Source: the human T2T-CHM13v2.0 reference genome, Homo sapiens
Strand: one strand, 5' to 3'
Assembly (NCBI RefSeq): GCF_009914755.1
Contig: NC_060944.1
Length of the DNA: 64,000 nt
Both the position numbers and the translations under genes were made by a program. Within the stretch, counting starts at the first letter, position 1. Each line of letters starts with the position of its first letter. Shown piece after piece: positions 24,286 through 38,520 of the stretch. The notes under the pieces are model-generated. The model was not told the origin of the DNA. It ran no database searches and was given only the letters and a program-made list of their open reading frames with translations.

Positions 24286-26649
24286 CACAGGGCACCATAA
24301 GCAGCTGGTGCTAAATATTCACTGTTCCTTCTCAATGGGGCATTTCGGCATAAGCTCTTTTGAACTCTTACGTCTGCTACAGTCCTCACCATTTCCTATT
24401 CTCACCCATCTCAATTCTTTCAATTACATTAACTATGTTTTTATTCATTTTTGTTGGTGACCATGGCTTTTCAGAGATGAAAGGAAAACAGAACTCTTTT
24501 TATTTTGTTTTCTCTTCCCACCGCCTTTTTCTTTTCTTTATATTTTGAGGCTCAAACACACACACACACACACAAAAGAAAAAACCCTACTTGCTGAAAC
24601 AGGTCTATAGTTTCAGAGACCTTAAAAAAGGATTACATTAAATTAACACTTTAGGACCCCAAAAATAAACTACACTATAATTATGTTCTTCACAACTTAG
24701 TTATAGGATTAATTAATTCATGGTATATTACGTGATAGGGCTTGGTAATGGGACAAAAGATTAAAGCATGATGAATACTTGTCAGTTGGCTCTGTGAATG
24801 AATGTATAACAAGACAATTGAAGATAATAGAAAAGTGGTTTTGGACACCTTTGGAAATGGAGGACCTGAGATAAATGGTCTTCTTGACCTGTGCAATCAT
24901 AATCCTTCTTTTAAACACCTGGTTTATAGTCACCAATTTAATGTGACTATTCCTTATCTTTATTCTGGGACACTTCCTACTCTCCTCGGACTCTTGGATA
25001 AATTTAGTGCAAAAAAAATCTCTTTGGACAGACTTGTGGTTAACAAAGTATAAAAGAGGAGGGCCTTTTAGTATATCTGTTAGATGATTACGTGTTCTTC
25101 CTCTTTGGGTGGAAAGATTTTCCCTCCAAGCAGCTGCATGCTGAATAATGCACAAAGGTTTGGTCTAGTCAGGAATGTTAAACACTTGTTTATCTGTCTC
25201 TTTATTCACCACATCCAGGGGGGATCAAGACAAGAACAAACACACTGCTTTAGGAAATTAAATCCACTCAGATTGGTGTAAAATTCCTTAACATCAGGTG
25301 GTCTCAATAAAGCTATGTTCTTTCAATTTATCCATACTCTTTTCAAACTCAGCATGATCCCAAAATATACAATATTGATGGTCTTTAAACATAGTAATTC
25401 CCAGCAAATCCCACTGTGTTCTGAGTAAAACTGATCAGATCCTGCACATGGATTAGGTATGCCATGTCTGTCTTTCTTAATTTTATATTCTATGGCGATT
25501 TGGCTCCCAAATCATGAGCACACTGTCAGATTTAGTGACCAAATTTCTCATCAATGACAGGCTTGATGACACTCAAATATATCATTCATTTCTTCCTCAT
25601 TCCAAAATACACCAACATTATATATCATCATTCACCCAATTTGACTTATAGGCTATTTTTAAAAAATCATTCTCATTCTGTCCAGACAAGGTTGATAATT
25701 CAACTGGAACTTACATCCACAGGAATTTAATAATTATCAAATTTGGAGGAAAAATTAATTCCCAGCTTGGTCTTTTCCTATTTTAATGCTGGCCAGTTTT
25801 TCTGAAATTTTTCTGTGATTGTTTTTTAAAGATAGGATAGATTTTAGATCCAATTTAACTTTCAGTTTATCAGCATACTGTTCAAAGAAAATGAATGTAA
25901 TTTTTAAGTTCAAATTCCTAGTACACTAGAGTGTGGATTTAAACATTAGACAAACGCAGCACTAATAAAAACAACAATTTTCCCTTGGCTATAATGCCAG
26001 CTCTTCAGCTTTGGGAAGGGATCACAGTCACCCTTCTTTGCCTTATGCCTGGGCTAGCTTTCCCAATAACAAGTAAATAGAACCAGGCTCTGCAGCTATG
26101 CACATATCTTCCAGAAAATGTCATTTCTTCATCTTATTTCTCCAGAATCCCTCTGAACCAAACTCCTGAATCTTCTCTTTGCTTTATAGGGAGCTTTTCA
26201 GTTCCTTCATACTCTATGGGAAACCAGCAAGCAATACATGAAAAGTATACAAAGGAAAAAAATCAAATTTATTTCTATCACCACCCCCTCCCACTCCCAC
26301 TTTTCTCCCTAGAGGAGACCAGGGTCAACAATTTTATATGTTAATTTCTGATCAGAGGACGAACTTCCCCCATCTTTTCTTACCATGTTCTATTTAGATA
26401 CTGCTAATTCTTAACAAGTTGAAAAATGATGTAGATATAAAAGCCAAAAGACCAATTATTTGATGTGAGAGTAACCAGGTCACTGTCAACCTGTTTTGAG
26501 ATAGCATAGACCTGACTTAAACGTAGTGTGTGTGTTGTTTTATCTTGAGGGATTCATATGTTCCCTTCCTCCCTCAATTCCATTTGCTCCTTTTAGGACT
26601 CGCAATCTTCATGCTTTGCTACATTCCTCTTAACTTCATAAATATGCTA

Positions 26650-26915
26650 AAACTCAGAGCCAATCAGAGCTTTTCTATGTGATTGATAGATGGATGCTTT
26701 TGGACTCTGGGCATAAATAAGGTTGAAATTGCAAGCGGTCATCTTTCCCACCATGAAGAAAGAGCCTGTCTGAGAAAGAAGACAAAGACCTTGTAATCTG
26801 GTGCCAGAACCTCTGCTGGACTTTCCAAGTTGCATGAGCCAATACATCCCCTTTATTTAATGTAAGCCAGTTTGAGCTGGTTTTCTGTCACTTGCAATTG
26901 AAATAGTCCTGATGC
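26650..26915 (+). mobile_element. Old MLT1 (J/K/L-like) LTR 3' part
   Basis: ggactttccaagttgcatgagccaatacatcccc...aagccagtttgagctggttttctgtcacttgcaa. Confidence 0.7.
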
Positions 26916-27599
26916 ATATGCAGAATATGTCATGGTTCTTGTAAACATCTAATTGTAAAATTTTTTCAAACATGTGAATGAGACTGAAGCATCTACATAG
27001 ACTGAAGCTTCATGAAGACAATCTGTCTTCATGTGTACTGATTCTGGATAACATAGAGGAAACTGCTGAAAAAGATAATACACCTGCATATGCAATCCAT
27101 GGTACTGCGACAGCACATAACAGAACATAACCTGATGTGGAGATGTTCTGGAAAGATGTCCTAGAGATGGGAAAAAATGGGAAGCTTTCCAGGGTGAGCT
27201 ATAAGAAAGTGGGGTTCCAGGTGAGAGCTAGGTTCACTTCAGTGCAGAAGAGGAAAGAGAGTTTGAGGGTATAGACACATTCTTCATGGTTCAGAGGGTT
27301 CTGGGTATTGAATTGGAAGGGTTTGGGTGAGACAAGAACAATATGGAATTAGGGAAGCAGAGAGAGAAGCATAGAGCAGTGTGGGAATATACATATGGGA
27401 GAGGAAAGCTAAGAAGGACTCACTAATACAATCAGAAATGTGAGATATGGGGAGTATTAATGAACCATGGGGTTTCCCAAATATTTTAGCTTGGGGTGAA
27501 GGGACTGGTGGTTGGCTCAGTCTATAGGCATTAAGTGTAACTCTGTGGCCTTGGGACAGTCAAGTGCTCATGTCCAAAGATGTACCCTTTGATTTTTTG

Positions 27600-27745
27600 T
27601 CCATCCATCCATCCATCCATCCATCCATCCCTCCATCCCTGAATCCCTACATCCCTCCATCCATTCCTCTATGCATCCATCCATCCATCCATCCATCTTC
27701 TCAACCATTCATCCTCTCATTAATCTGTTTAACCATTATCCATCC
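27600..27745. repeat. (CCAT)n degenerate tetranucleotide repeat (L2 tail-derived)
   Basis: ccatccatccatccatccat... followed by L2 (-) gaacatttattgagctcctgtcatgtgccagg. Confidence 0.9.
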
Positions 27746-28236
27746 CTGAACATTTATTGAGCTCCTGTCATGTGCCAGGGCTTATGTTGCTTGTCAAGGA
27801 GAAGGAAGAAAAAACAAGGTTTTTATCTTTTGGATACTTCAGTCTGTGATGTAAAAAAGATACGTAAACACATCATTGCAATACCTTTTGCTAAGAGCAA
27901 CAACAGAAAGGATTTTACAAAGTGCCGAGAGAAGGCATGTTGGTTGTGAAGATTAAATGAGATTAAATGTGTGAAAAGCACTTTGTGAGCTATTCAAATA
28001 TTAGTCATTATAATCTTCATAACAGCTCTGGTAGACTGGCTTGGATTATTATCCACTTAAAATTTTTTTCTGCTATAAAAATACCTAAAAGTTCCACTAC
28101 AAGTTACAAAATAGAGAAAATAAGAACTCATCCACATTTATGGTGCTTCAACACTGACATTGTTTTACATGTTGCTAAGTGTCATTAGTGTCTTTATTCC
28201 TGGAATTTTATTTTTTTTCATACAACAATCATGCTG

Positions 28237-28605
28237 TGATATGGTCTGGCTGTGTCGCCACCCAAATCTCATCTTGAATTGTAGTTACCATAATCCCCAT
28301 GTGTCGTGGGAGGGGACCCCTTGGGAGAAAATTGAATTTGGAGGTGGTTACCCCCATGCTTCTGTCCTCATGCTAGTGAGTTCTCACGAAATCTGATGGT
28401 TTTATAAGGGGCTTTCCCCCGTTTTGCTGGGCACTTCTCCTTCCTGACATGTGAAGAAGTATGTGTTTGCTTCTTTTCCTGCCATGATTGTAAGTTTCCT
28501 GAGGCCTCCCCAGTCATGCTGAACTGTGAGTCAATTAAACCTCTTTCCTTTATAAATTACCCAGGCTTGGGTATGTTATTAGCAGCAAGAGAATGGGCTA
28601 ATACA
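28237..28605 (+). mobile_element. THE1C/D-like MaLR solo LTR with 5-bp TSD TGCTG
   Basis: tgatatggtctggctgtgtc...ggctaataca. TGCTG at 28232-28236 and 28606-28610. Confidence 0.92.
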
Positions 28606-29109
28606 TGCTGCATATATCATGATTCGGATTGTTTTCTCTTTAAATTAAATTGACTACGTTTTCCCATGTGTAAACCTGTTTCATGGGTCACATCTATGCA
28701 GGAGGAGTGGGAGAGGTCGCCATGGTAAGAGTTGACATGTCTCTGTCTCAGCCTCAGCCTAAACCCCACCTTCCTGGTTCCTCATGAGTTACTGGGACCC
28801 TTCATAACAATGGCCACATAGATTCCCTGTCCCTGTCATGGTCTTCTCTGCCACTCTAGACATGGAGCTGTGCCTGGTATTGTGCCATATTACTTTCTCC
28901 TTTATTTTTTTGCTGACTCTGTAAAGCCTCTGTATGTCTGCTGATGAGAAGCTACCTTTCTGTCCTGAGCTCTGTCCCCATGGCGAAGGGAGAATGTACT
29001 TTTGTATCCATCTGAATCGCATTGGTGGATCACTTTGTGCCTACGTTAGATGTCTAAGGTTGGGGGAGATCCATACTTACCTCTACTTCCTTTTTAAAAA
29101 AAATTCTCT

Positions 29110-30570
29110 CTTAATGATAATCCAATTAGACTCTCATTCTCATCACTGTGCCAGTACAGCTCATGTTAAGGTGACCAATAACCTTCATGTTTCCAAGTCC
29201 AATGGCTAGTGCTAGTGCTAGTTATTATCTTACTTGACTTAATAGCAACATTTGAACAATTGTTTACTTATTCCTCCTTGAAGTGTTTTTATTTTTTTCA
29301 CTTAACTTCCAAGATACCATACTCCTGATAGCTCCTCCTCAGCCCCTTTTGCTAGTTTCTCCTCATTTCCTTGACTTCTAAAGGTTGGAATATCCTAGGA
29401 CTCAGGCCTGCAGACATATTCCCTATCTACATTTGCTACTTAGGTGATCCCACTCAGTCTCATGGCTTTAAATACCACTATAGGCTGATGACTCCCAATT
29501 TTATCAATCCAACTTATAGCTTTTCTCTGACCTCCAGATCCATACTTTCAACAGACCATTCATCATTTCCATATGGATGTCTAACAGGCATCTTAAACAT
29601 TACTTGTCCAGCCAACTGATGGTTTTCTCCCCTTGCTTGTTCTTCCCATGATCTTCCCTATTTTAGTAAGTGACATGTCTGTTTTTCCAATTGCTTTGGC
29701 TAAAAACATTGGTTGGAGTCATCTTGACTGTCTTTCCTTTATGCCCTGTATTCAAATCACCAACAAATCCTGTTCTCTCTCCTTCAGAATACATCCTGAA
29801 TCTAAAGCTAACCACTTTTCACTACTTTTCCCACTATCATCCCAGTTTAAGCTACCAGCGCCTTTCACTGGGTTACTGAAGTTGCCTCTTAACTGCTCTC
29901 CTGATTTGGCCTTTGTTCCCCTGCAGTCTGTTCTCAACATGGCAGTCAGAGTGATTTTATTTTTAAATTTTACAACTCACATCACATCATGCCACTCCTC
30001 TGCCCCCCAAACCTTCCATTGGCTCCCATCTCATGCACAGTAAAAGCCAAAACCTTGCTATGACCACAAAAGCCAATACAGTCTGGGCCACTGGCCTCAT
30101 CTCCTATTATTTTCCCTTTTGCTCATTTTTTTTTTTTTTTTTTTAGAACCACTAGCTTCCTTGTGTATTGGTTGTTCCTCCAATACACTGGCACACTCCT
30201 ATCTTGGGGCATTTGCTGTTTCCTTCTGCCTGGAATGCTCTTTCCCAGGGCACATGGCTTATTCCTTTCTTCCTTCAGATCTCTGTCCAAATGCCACTCC
30301 CTTAAATAATTTGTCTCTGTTTACCTGTATACCATAGCAACTCTGTCCCATGCCTAACATGCTCTGTTCCTTCTGTTTGTCTTTTATTAGACAAATCACA
30401 AGCTGACCATATCCACATCTACACACATGTATATTTATGTTTGTTTACTACCCACCTCTCATCCTAGACTCAAAATCCCGTGCCATGAGATCAACGGCTT
30501 TGTCTCTGTGCCCATGGCACTTACAGCGATAGCTGGCATATTAGTACATGTTTCATAAATACATGTGTTT
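29110..30570 (+). mobile_element. L2a LINE 3' region (~1.45 kb)
   Basis: aaggtgaccaataaccttcatgtttccaagtccaatgg; cagtctcatggctttaaataccacta; ggatgtctaacaggcatcttaaac; tctgcctggaatgctctttcc. Confidence 0.85.
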
Positions 30571-31371
30571 CCTGTTGCCAACTCTTATGATCTCCTCCTA
30601 TGACTAGGAATGTGTTCTTTGTAGCCCTTGACTCCTTTCCTTTAATGATGTAAAGTAATAAAATGGCCAACTTACTCACTGAGCCTCAGTTTCCTAATCC
30701 ACATGATGGATCTGATAATAGCTCTCACCTTATAGGGTTGTAAGACAGAAATAAGGTATTGCAGCTGACATCCTCAGCACGTTGCCTGGTTCACAAAATA
30801 GATTTTAATGATAATTCTGAACACTATGGAGTCAGATGAATCAGGATTTAAATGACTTATATGCAAAGCACAAATCAGGATTTAAATGACTTATATGAAA
30901 ATCACAAAGTAAATGCTATCTAAGTATGAGGTCTAATAATAATTACATTTGATTCATTTTCAAGAGTTTTTGCAGTCCAAGAAAAATGACAACTTCCCTT
31001 AGTCTCAATTCCTTATCTCTACTATAGAGATGAAGTAGCTGTTGTGACAATTAGTAAGATACAGCATGTAACATGCCCAAACACTGAGGATGTTTGTTAA
31101 CTGTTTCCCTACTGTGGGACAATCAGATTATTTCATCTGGAAAGCCATTGTAGACAATGCTGTGATGCACATCTTTGTGCATAATGGTTTTCATATATTT
31201 CAGATTATTTCCTTACCTTGGAATATCAGGATAAGTATTATTGAGTAGAAACTTCTAGATATTTTTATGGTCTTTGTTACATAAGCCAGATGGATTTCTT
31301 ATCCTCATTTTGCAGAGTGACTCTGAGCCTTCAGGTTACTTGGCTACTAAGTGTCAGAATTAAGATCAGAG

Positions 31372-31775
<404 letters not shown>

Positions 31776-31834
31776 ATTAATATATTAATCAAATATATTA
31801 ATATAATTTCTCTTGTTTCTTTCACTTTTCAAAA

Positions 31835-32079
31835 TGGAAAACCAAATATCATATGTTCTCAAAGTGGCAGCTAAGCTATGAGGATGCAAAGGTTTAAGAA
31901 TATTATAATGGACTTTGGGGACTTGGGGGGAAGGGAGGGAGGGGGATGAAGGATAAAAGGCTACACATGGGGAAAGTGTACACTGCTGGGGTGACGGGTG
32001 CACCAAAATCTCAGAAATCACGACTAAAGAGGTTATCCATGTAACAAAAAACCACCTGTACCCCAAAACTATTAAAAAA
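31835..32079 (+). mobile_element. L1PB-type 3' end
   Basis: ctaagctatgaggatgcaaagg...atggactttggggacttggggg...ggtgcaccaaaatctcagaaatcac...cctgtaccccaaaactatt. Confidence 0.85.
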
Positions 32080-32459
32080 TGTGGACACTAGAAAATTAAA
32101 AGTTACATATATTGCTTGCATAATAGGGATAGTGCTGTTCTAGATGCTATAATTATTAACAGATGCTATAATTATTAACATTTATTGACCATTTATGTGC
32201 TAGTCACAATGCTAAATGTTTGCCATGAATTATTTTATTTTCACCTCAAAACAACTGTTTTGCAAATGAGGAAACCAAAAATTAAGTAACTTGCCCATTC
32301 AATTATAAGCAGAGCAGGTGAAATAAAACTTGTATCTGACAAGCCCAGAGGCAGACTGGGCACTTGGAGCCAAATTATCTGAGAAAAAGTGCAAGAGAGT
32401 GGACATACTTAAGCCAAACTCATGGGAGACATGAGAACTCTTTACAAATACTTCAAAGA

Positions 32460-32764
<305 letters not shown>

Positions 32765-32933
32765 TCAAAGACTGTCATGTGGGTGGAGAAATAAACATTC
32801 CAAGTGGCTCCCAGGGGAGGAGCTTGATGATTCTCAGATGGTTGTTTCCTGCCAATGTTTTTCTTCTGAGCTCCAGGGTCATAAATCCAAATACCTTCTC
32901 GACTCACCCAGTTGCATCTCTCTTAGGTATTTC

Positions 32934-33097
32934 TTTTTTTAAAAATTAATTTTTTTAAAGTTCTGGGGTACACAGGATGTGCAGGTTTATTACATAGATA
33001 AAAGTGTGCCATGGTGGTTTGCTGCACCTAACAACCCATCACCTAGGTATGAGATCATGTCCTTTGTAGGGACATGGATGAAGCTGGAAGCCATTAT
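32934..33097 (-). mobile_element. Very short L1PA (about PA7-PA10) with 5' inversion, 15-bp TSD
   Basis: Reverse 3' end to ~33050, then sense gagatcatgtcctttgtagggacatggatgaagctggaagccatta. TSD tctcttaggtatttc at 32919-32933 and 33098-33112, inside an L2. Confidence 0.88.
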
Positions 33098-33322
33098 TCT
33101 CTTAGGTATTTCAGGCTGAACATGGCCAAAGCTTGTTTTGGTTTCTTTCCTTAAAAGCTTGTTCCACCATTAGGGTTCTAAGCTCAGTAAATGACATTGA
33201 CATGCATGTGAGTTCCCATGATAAGAACATGGGCACCATCAGGGGCTTCTTTCTCTTCTTTGCCCTGGACATCTGCAAACTCCTCAAGAGTTGAAAAAGC
33301 ATACCTTTCTTGTTTCTCTGTT

Positions 33323-33870
33323 TATATTGGTTATCTAAGGCTGTGTAACGAATGCCCTTCAAAATTCGCAGCTTAAAACAATGAACTTTACAAGCTCAGT
33401 TTCTGTGGGAGAGGATCCAGGAACAGCTGAGCTGGGTCCTCCAGTCTGGGTCTCTCAGAAGGATTTGATCTGATGCTTCAATCAAAGCATCAGCTGGCGC
33501 TGCGGTCATCTGAAGACTTGCCCGGAGCAAAATCCACTCCCAAGTGTGCTTGTGTGGTTATTGGTAGGATTCATTTCCTTGTTGGGCATTGGCTGGAGGC
33601 TCCTCTCGGCTGTTTGCCACATGCGCCTCTCCATAGGGCAGCTCATATCATGGCCCCAGCCTTCTGTCAGGGTGAGGGAGAGAAGGCTAGGAAAACGGAA
33701 AGAGGCTTTTGTAACCTAATCTCCAAAATGATATCGTATCATTTTTGCTACATTTATTAGAAACAACTCACTAAGTCCAATCTACATTCAAATGGAAGGA
33801 TTACATTAATATCCAATGCACGAATGCCAGGTACTGAGGGTCATTGGCAGCATCTTGAAGCTGTCAGCCA
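33323..33870 (-). mobile_element. MLT1F-like LTR
   Basis: gcttaaaacaatgaac...ctgcggtcatctgaagacttg...ctccatagggcagctc...catcttgaagctgtcagccaca. Confidence 0.75.
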
Positions 33871-34679
33871 CATATCCCAACCATGACTGTGATCAGCATA
33901 CTGTTGGTCATTGTATTCCATTGTTACCGCTGTAATATCTTGGCTATTTCTTTCTCTGCAGCCTTACTACCTCTTTTGTGGTTCATTGTCATCTTTCACC
34001 TGGACAGTTGCAAAAGCCTCTTGGCTGGCCTTCCTGCCTTCTGTCTTCCTTCTTCCATCCATGTCCCGTTTCTGGCTTTGTGGCTGAGGCAGGAATGGGT
34101 GATGGTGGTGTGTGGTGAGCAAGGAGTCTAGTTCCAGACTGGTCCATTAGAGCATGGGTGGGTCCATTTGCAGAGTTATTACAGTCCAGGTCAGGTATGA
34201 GCCCCAGAGGCATGTTCTGGGTGGTGAGGAAGAGGACAGGTAGGAGTGACGAGAGTCTGAGCTTTCACGAGGAGCCTAAGAACCCTGGCTACAGGAGCAG
34301 GGGCTTGGAATAGAGGCCCAAAGCAGAAGGCAGAGCTCTGAATGTGGCTTCTTAGTGGTGGTTCCATCTTCAGAATGCCATTCTGTGACTGTGCCTTGGA
34401 ACCGGAATTGGGCACCAGTTGTCACCATGGGCCCTGTTGCACCAGGCAGGCTGCCGCTGGCCGCTGAGTGACCACTTGGTCCACTGCAGCCTCATGCGCC
34501 ATTCAGCAATATCATTCCTTCCATGCCTTCCACCTGTAGAGACAGAAGGGGCGAGCCAGGAGCAGGGCTCTCCCAAGGCCTCCTTAGTGGCTGTGAGAAA
34601 TTCGCTGATCTTGTTGGACGTGTCTTGCCAGAGTCTTCTTTCCCTTTGAAACTAAACTTGCTCTATTTTTAGAAAGCAC

Positions 34680-34890
34680 AGAATAGCAGAGAGAACACAG
34701 GGTCTGGGGCAGGCAACTCTAAGATTGGAGTCTGTCTCTACTACTGATTACCTGTGTATCCTTGGGAAGTTATTTACCTTCTTTGAGCCTCAGCTTTTTG
34801 GTCTGTAAAATGGGGATAGCAAAGCTTACCCCATGAGATAAATATGAGAAAACATTCACAGGTGCATACAGCACAGTGCTTGTTCAATAG
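34680..34890 (+). mobile_element. MIR SINE
   Basis: cctgtgtatccttgggaagttatttaccttctttgagcctcagctttttggtctgtaaaatgggga. Confidence 0.8.
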
Positions 34891-35054
34891 CGGGAAATCA
34901 AATCAAATGGTTTGGGAAGAGAAGTATGCAGAGCACATAGGGGCTGCCTCAGAGGTGGGTTCTTCAACCACACAGGTGTTGTGGATAGGATCCAGGGCTT
35001 CAGGGATGAGAAGCGGGGATTTGGCAGAGAAAGCTGTGGCTGATGTTTCTGGGA

Positions 35055-35270
35055 GGCAGATTTTGATTCCACACAATGAAAAATTTTCTGCCTTTCAGAG
35101 CTTTCCTGAACAAAGTTGCTTTCCTATGGAGGAGGTGAGTTTCTTGTCCTTAGAGGTGTTCAAGCAAAGCCAGAATGGCCACTTGGTGGGGATGTTGCAG
35201 AGGGGATAAAATATCAGGGCGATGCTTGCAAGAGAAGATTGCTAAGGTCCTTTCTAATCCCTGGGAATTA
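35055..35270 (+). mobile_element. L3/CR1 LINE 3' end
   Basis: ggaggtgagtttcttgtccttagaggtgttcaagcaaagccagaatggccacttggtggggatgttgcagagggga...ctaaggtcctttctaatccc. Confidence 0.7.
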
Positions 35271-36612
35271 ACATTTAAGAGAAATCTGAATGTAACAGAT
35301 ATGACATAAATACATGACAGCACTTTCTTAGCTGCAAGTCAGTGTGAGGAAAGGGGTGGTCATTGGATTTCCAAAGGCTGGGGTTTGAAGGCACTGCTGA
35401 TTTAGGAAGGAGGTGGAGCCACAGCTCACATTTGAAGGGACCTCCTGCAGCTACAGAAATTACTCTTTGGAATAGACAAAGGACATATTGCAGGCAACCT
35501 GTGGTTTGTAGCATAGCTGGGGAAATCAGCATCCCAGGAATGGTTGTTACCCACCACTTGGACAGGAAATGTCACAGACAAAGCCTTGTTTTCTGCTGCA
35601 GGAATTAAAGTTCAGAGGCAGCTGCAAGAAAATCAATACCAAGCTGCTAAACCCTTAATGAACGACAGCAAAAGGCTGATGGTGTTGCCTAAAACAGCTT
35701 TTTTAAAGCTGCTTGTCTGGGGTGAGAGTGTTAACAATAATTGATTGAGCTCCTATGAGGTGTGGTTTCCAGGGTGCAGCTGCGCAATGTAGGGAAATGC
35801 ATGTTGGATCCAGGAGCAGTCACCACGGGCTCATGTCTTGCTTGGAAGCTTAGTCATCGGGTTACTGAGTCAGTCATTAGTGTTAGCAACTTGGGAGTCC
35901 AGTTGTTAGGCCTATATGCATGCAGCCACTCCTCTCCACACCCCACTGGGTCGGGTCCTCTGGCAAAAGATCAATAGCCAGATCAGAATCAAAGTTCCTG
36001 TTTTAGCCATGATTGAACAAGTGCTCCAGGTCCCAATTCATTGCCCTCTGGGAGAAGCAGAGCTCGAGAAACTTGTTCTGGCTGCTAGGCTTAACTAGGC
36101 TTCCTGTTTCCTACTCACTTTTGCTTAAATCGGAGGTTTTTTTGTTTTGTTTTGTTTTTTTCAAACCTATAACTCGACAGAGAAAATGAACAACCTGGCA
36201 GAAGGGAGGGCGAGGGTATATGGCACACCACCCATCGGTGAAGTGGAGCTCAGTAAATGCCACCCCCTGAATGACCCCATTAGCCATTCCTCCTCTCCAG
36301 GGGGCTGAAAGTGTGGGTAGAAATTTCTTTCTTCAGGACCTAGGCAGAAACTTAAAGCGTTAAGAGAAAAGATGTTTCCCACTGGGCCATTTAACTTGTC
36401 TTATTTCCCATTTCCCCATCTATCAAGTGGGCACAAAATATCCTCCCTGTTTTCTGTACAGGGTTGTTGTAAGAAACAAATCAAATTACATCCATACGAG
36501 TTTGTGGTAAGCCAAATTGCTTCCTCCAATCAAATGGGATGTAGTGCTTTTGTTTGCGACCTGGAGGAGGAATCCCAAGGACAGAAGAAAAAACAGGGAA
36601 CTGTTGTTTTGA

Positions 36613-36966
<354 letters not shown>

Positions 36967-36999
36967 AACACTCTTGTCTACAAATGAGGAAACTGAAGT

Positions 37000-37111
37000 A
37001 GGGTAATCAACCATCCGGGCTTGCCCAGAACTAAGGGGTTTTCTAGGACATGGGACTTGCAGTGCTAAATCCTGGAAAGTTCTCAGCAAACCAAGATAAG
37101 CTGGTCACCCC
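37000..37111. mobile_element. MER94-like hAT-Blackjack MITE
   Basis: agggtaatcaaccatccgggcttgccca...gctggtcaccc termini. Confidence 0.65.
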
Positions 37112-38037
37112 AAACTCAAGTCCAGAAACTTTGAGTGACTGTCTTAAACCCCAAGGCTGTGGAATATCATTGTTGGATTGGAATGCAGGATAGTTACCCT
37201 AGTACTCATGTTCTTTCCTGCACCCCTTTCTGCTAACACTCTCATTGGGCCGACAAAATATGCACATATGAATGAGTTGCAGGCCAAGAAGATGTGCTAA
37301 TCAATGTCATGGGGTTTCACAGGAAACAGAAAGCTTTGCTACGAAGGGGTGCTTTGCTGTGATACCTTAGATCTCAATCTTCAGTGGTTCTCTTTTAAGG
37401 GTTTGCTTAAGAAGATACCTAAGTTGGGTATGGTCATAGATAAAGTCCTGCTTTATAAGCCAAGTGGCACATTGACTAACATCTTTATTGTGATTTTTAA
37501 AATCTTGTTTGGTGGCTCTTAAACTTTAGTACCAGGGCCGGGTTATTAAAGAGGCACATTTGTGGGGCTGCCATCAGCTATCCTGATTCAGTGTGTCCTA
37601 GGAGGGGCCCAGTAACTGCATCTGGGTGACCTGGTTAAGTCATCCCTTCCCTCTGCTCTTCCTGGAACTATTGCAACAGCCACGTAACTGGCCTCCTTCT
37701 CTGTAAAGAATCCATCAGTGACTTTCCATCAGCTCCAGAAGCAACCCAAGCTCTTTAGCCTGGCTGACAAGGTTCTCCAGGGGCTGGCCCCAGGGTCCCT
37801 TACAGCCTTCTCACCTGCCAGACTTGGCCTGCTCTCTGGACTCCCGCAGCCTTGATGTGCAGATAACCTGGCTCACTGTGCCGCTGCTGGCTTCCCGGGG
37901 TCCCTCTTCATTGTATGGCTCCTCCTCCTCCCCATCTTTAGGCATTGACTTTCTCCCACTCTTTCTCCAAGATGCCGTTCAGGCATCCTCAACTTCAGGG
38001 AGATGCCCCTGGCTTTTTCCCACATGCACTGCCCTCA

Positions 38038-38520
38038 TGGAGGGGAAATGCACCTGATGGCAATAACTTACACATACACTGAGAATGACCCTGTGTGGCA
38101 GACACACCTGAATATGTGTTCCAAGTTAGAGAATCTGGGAGTGGCCAACCTGGAGATTTGTTCGTTGTCTCTGAGGAACATCTGAGCCCCACCTGTCCTG
38201 TGGAACACTGGCAGTACAAGGGATCGAGGCCTCAGTTTGGGGTTGAATAAAGGTTGACAGGTGTAAGTTGTTAGGGAAAGGGTGCTAAGTGAAAATGCTA
38301 TATAAACTCCATGCCTTTTGCAAGTGGCTCCAGTTTTTCTTCCCAGCCCACCACCACTGGGCTGTGTGGTTCTCTTGTCCAGCCCCCAACCTCTGTACTT
38401 TCTCCCCTTTATGTAAGCCCCCAATAAAACTCTATGTCTCATTCGCTGGCTCTGGGTCTCTTCTTTGGCCTCTTGAACATGGTGCCATCCCACTGGAGTC
38501 AACAGGGGTTTGGCAAAACA
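38038..38520 (+). mobile_element. LTR47-like ERV solo LTR
   Basis: gggaaatgcacctga...gagaatgaccctgtgtggcagac...gctatataaact (TATA)...aataaaac (polyA signal)...ca end. Confidence 0.7.

Noticed and set aside
24718-25155. Overlapping 145-aa (-) and 83-aa (+) ORFs in non-repeat-looking DNA
   Set aside because: No recognisable domain, Kozak or splice context; lengths are within chance expectation for 64 kb.
25280-26200. Possible very old LINE RT remnant (minus-strand tatgctgat, YAD-like)
   Set aside because: Similarity is too weak to support by eye; it needs a Dfam HMM search.
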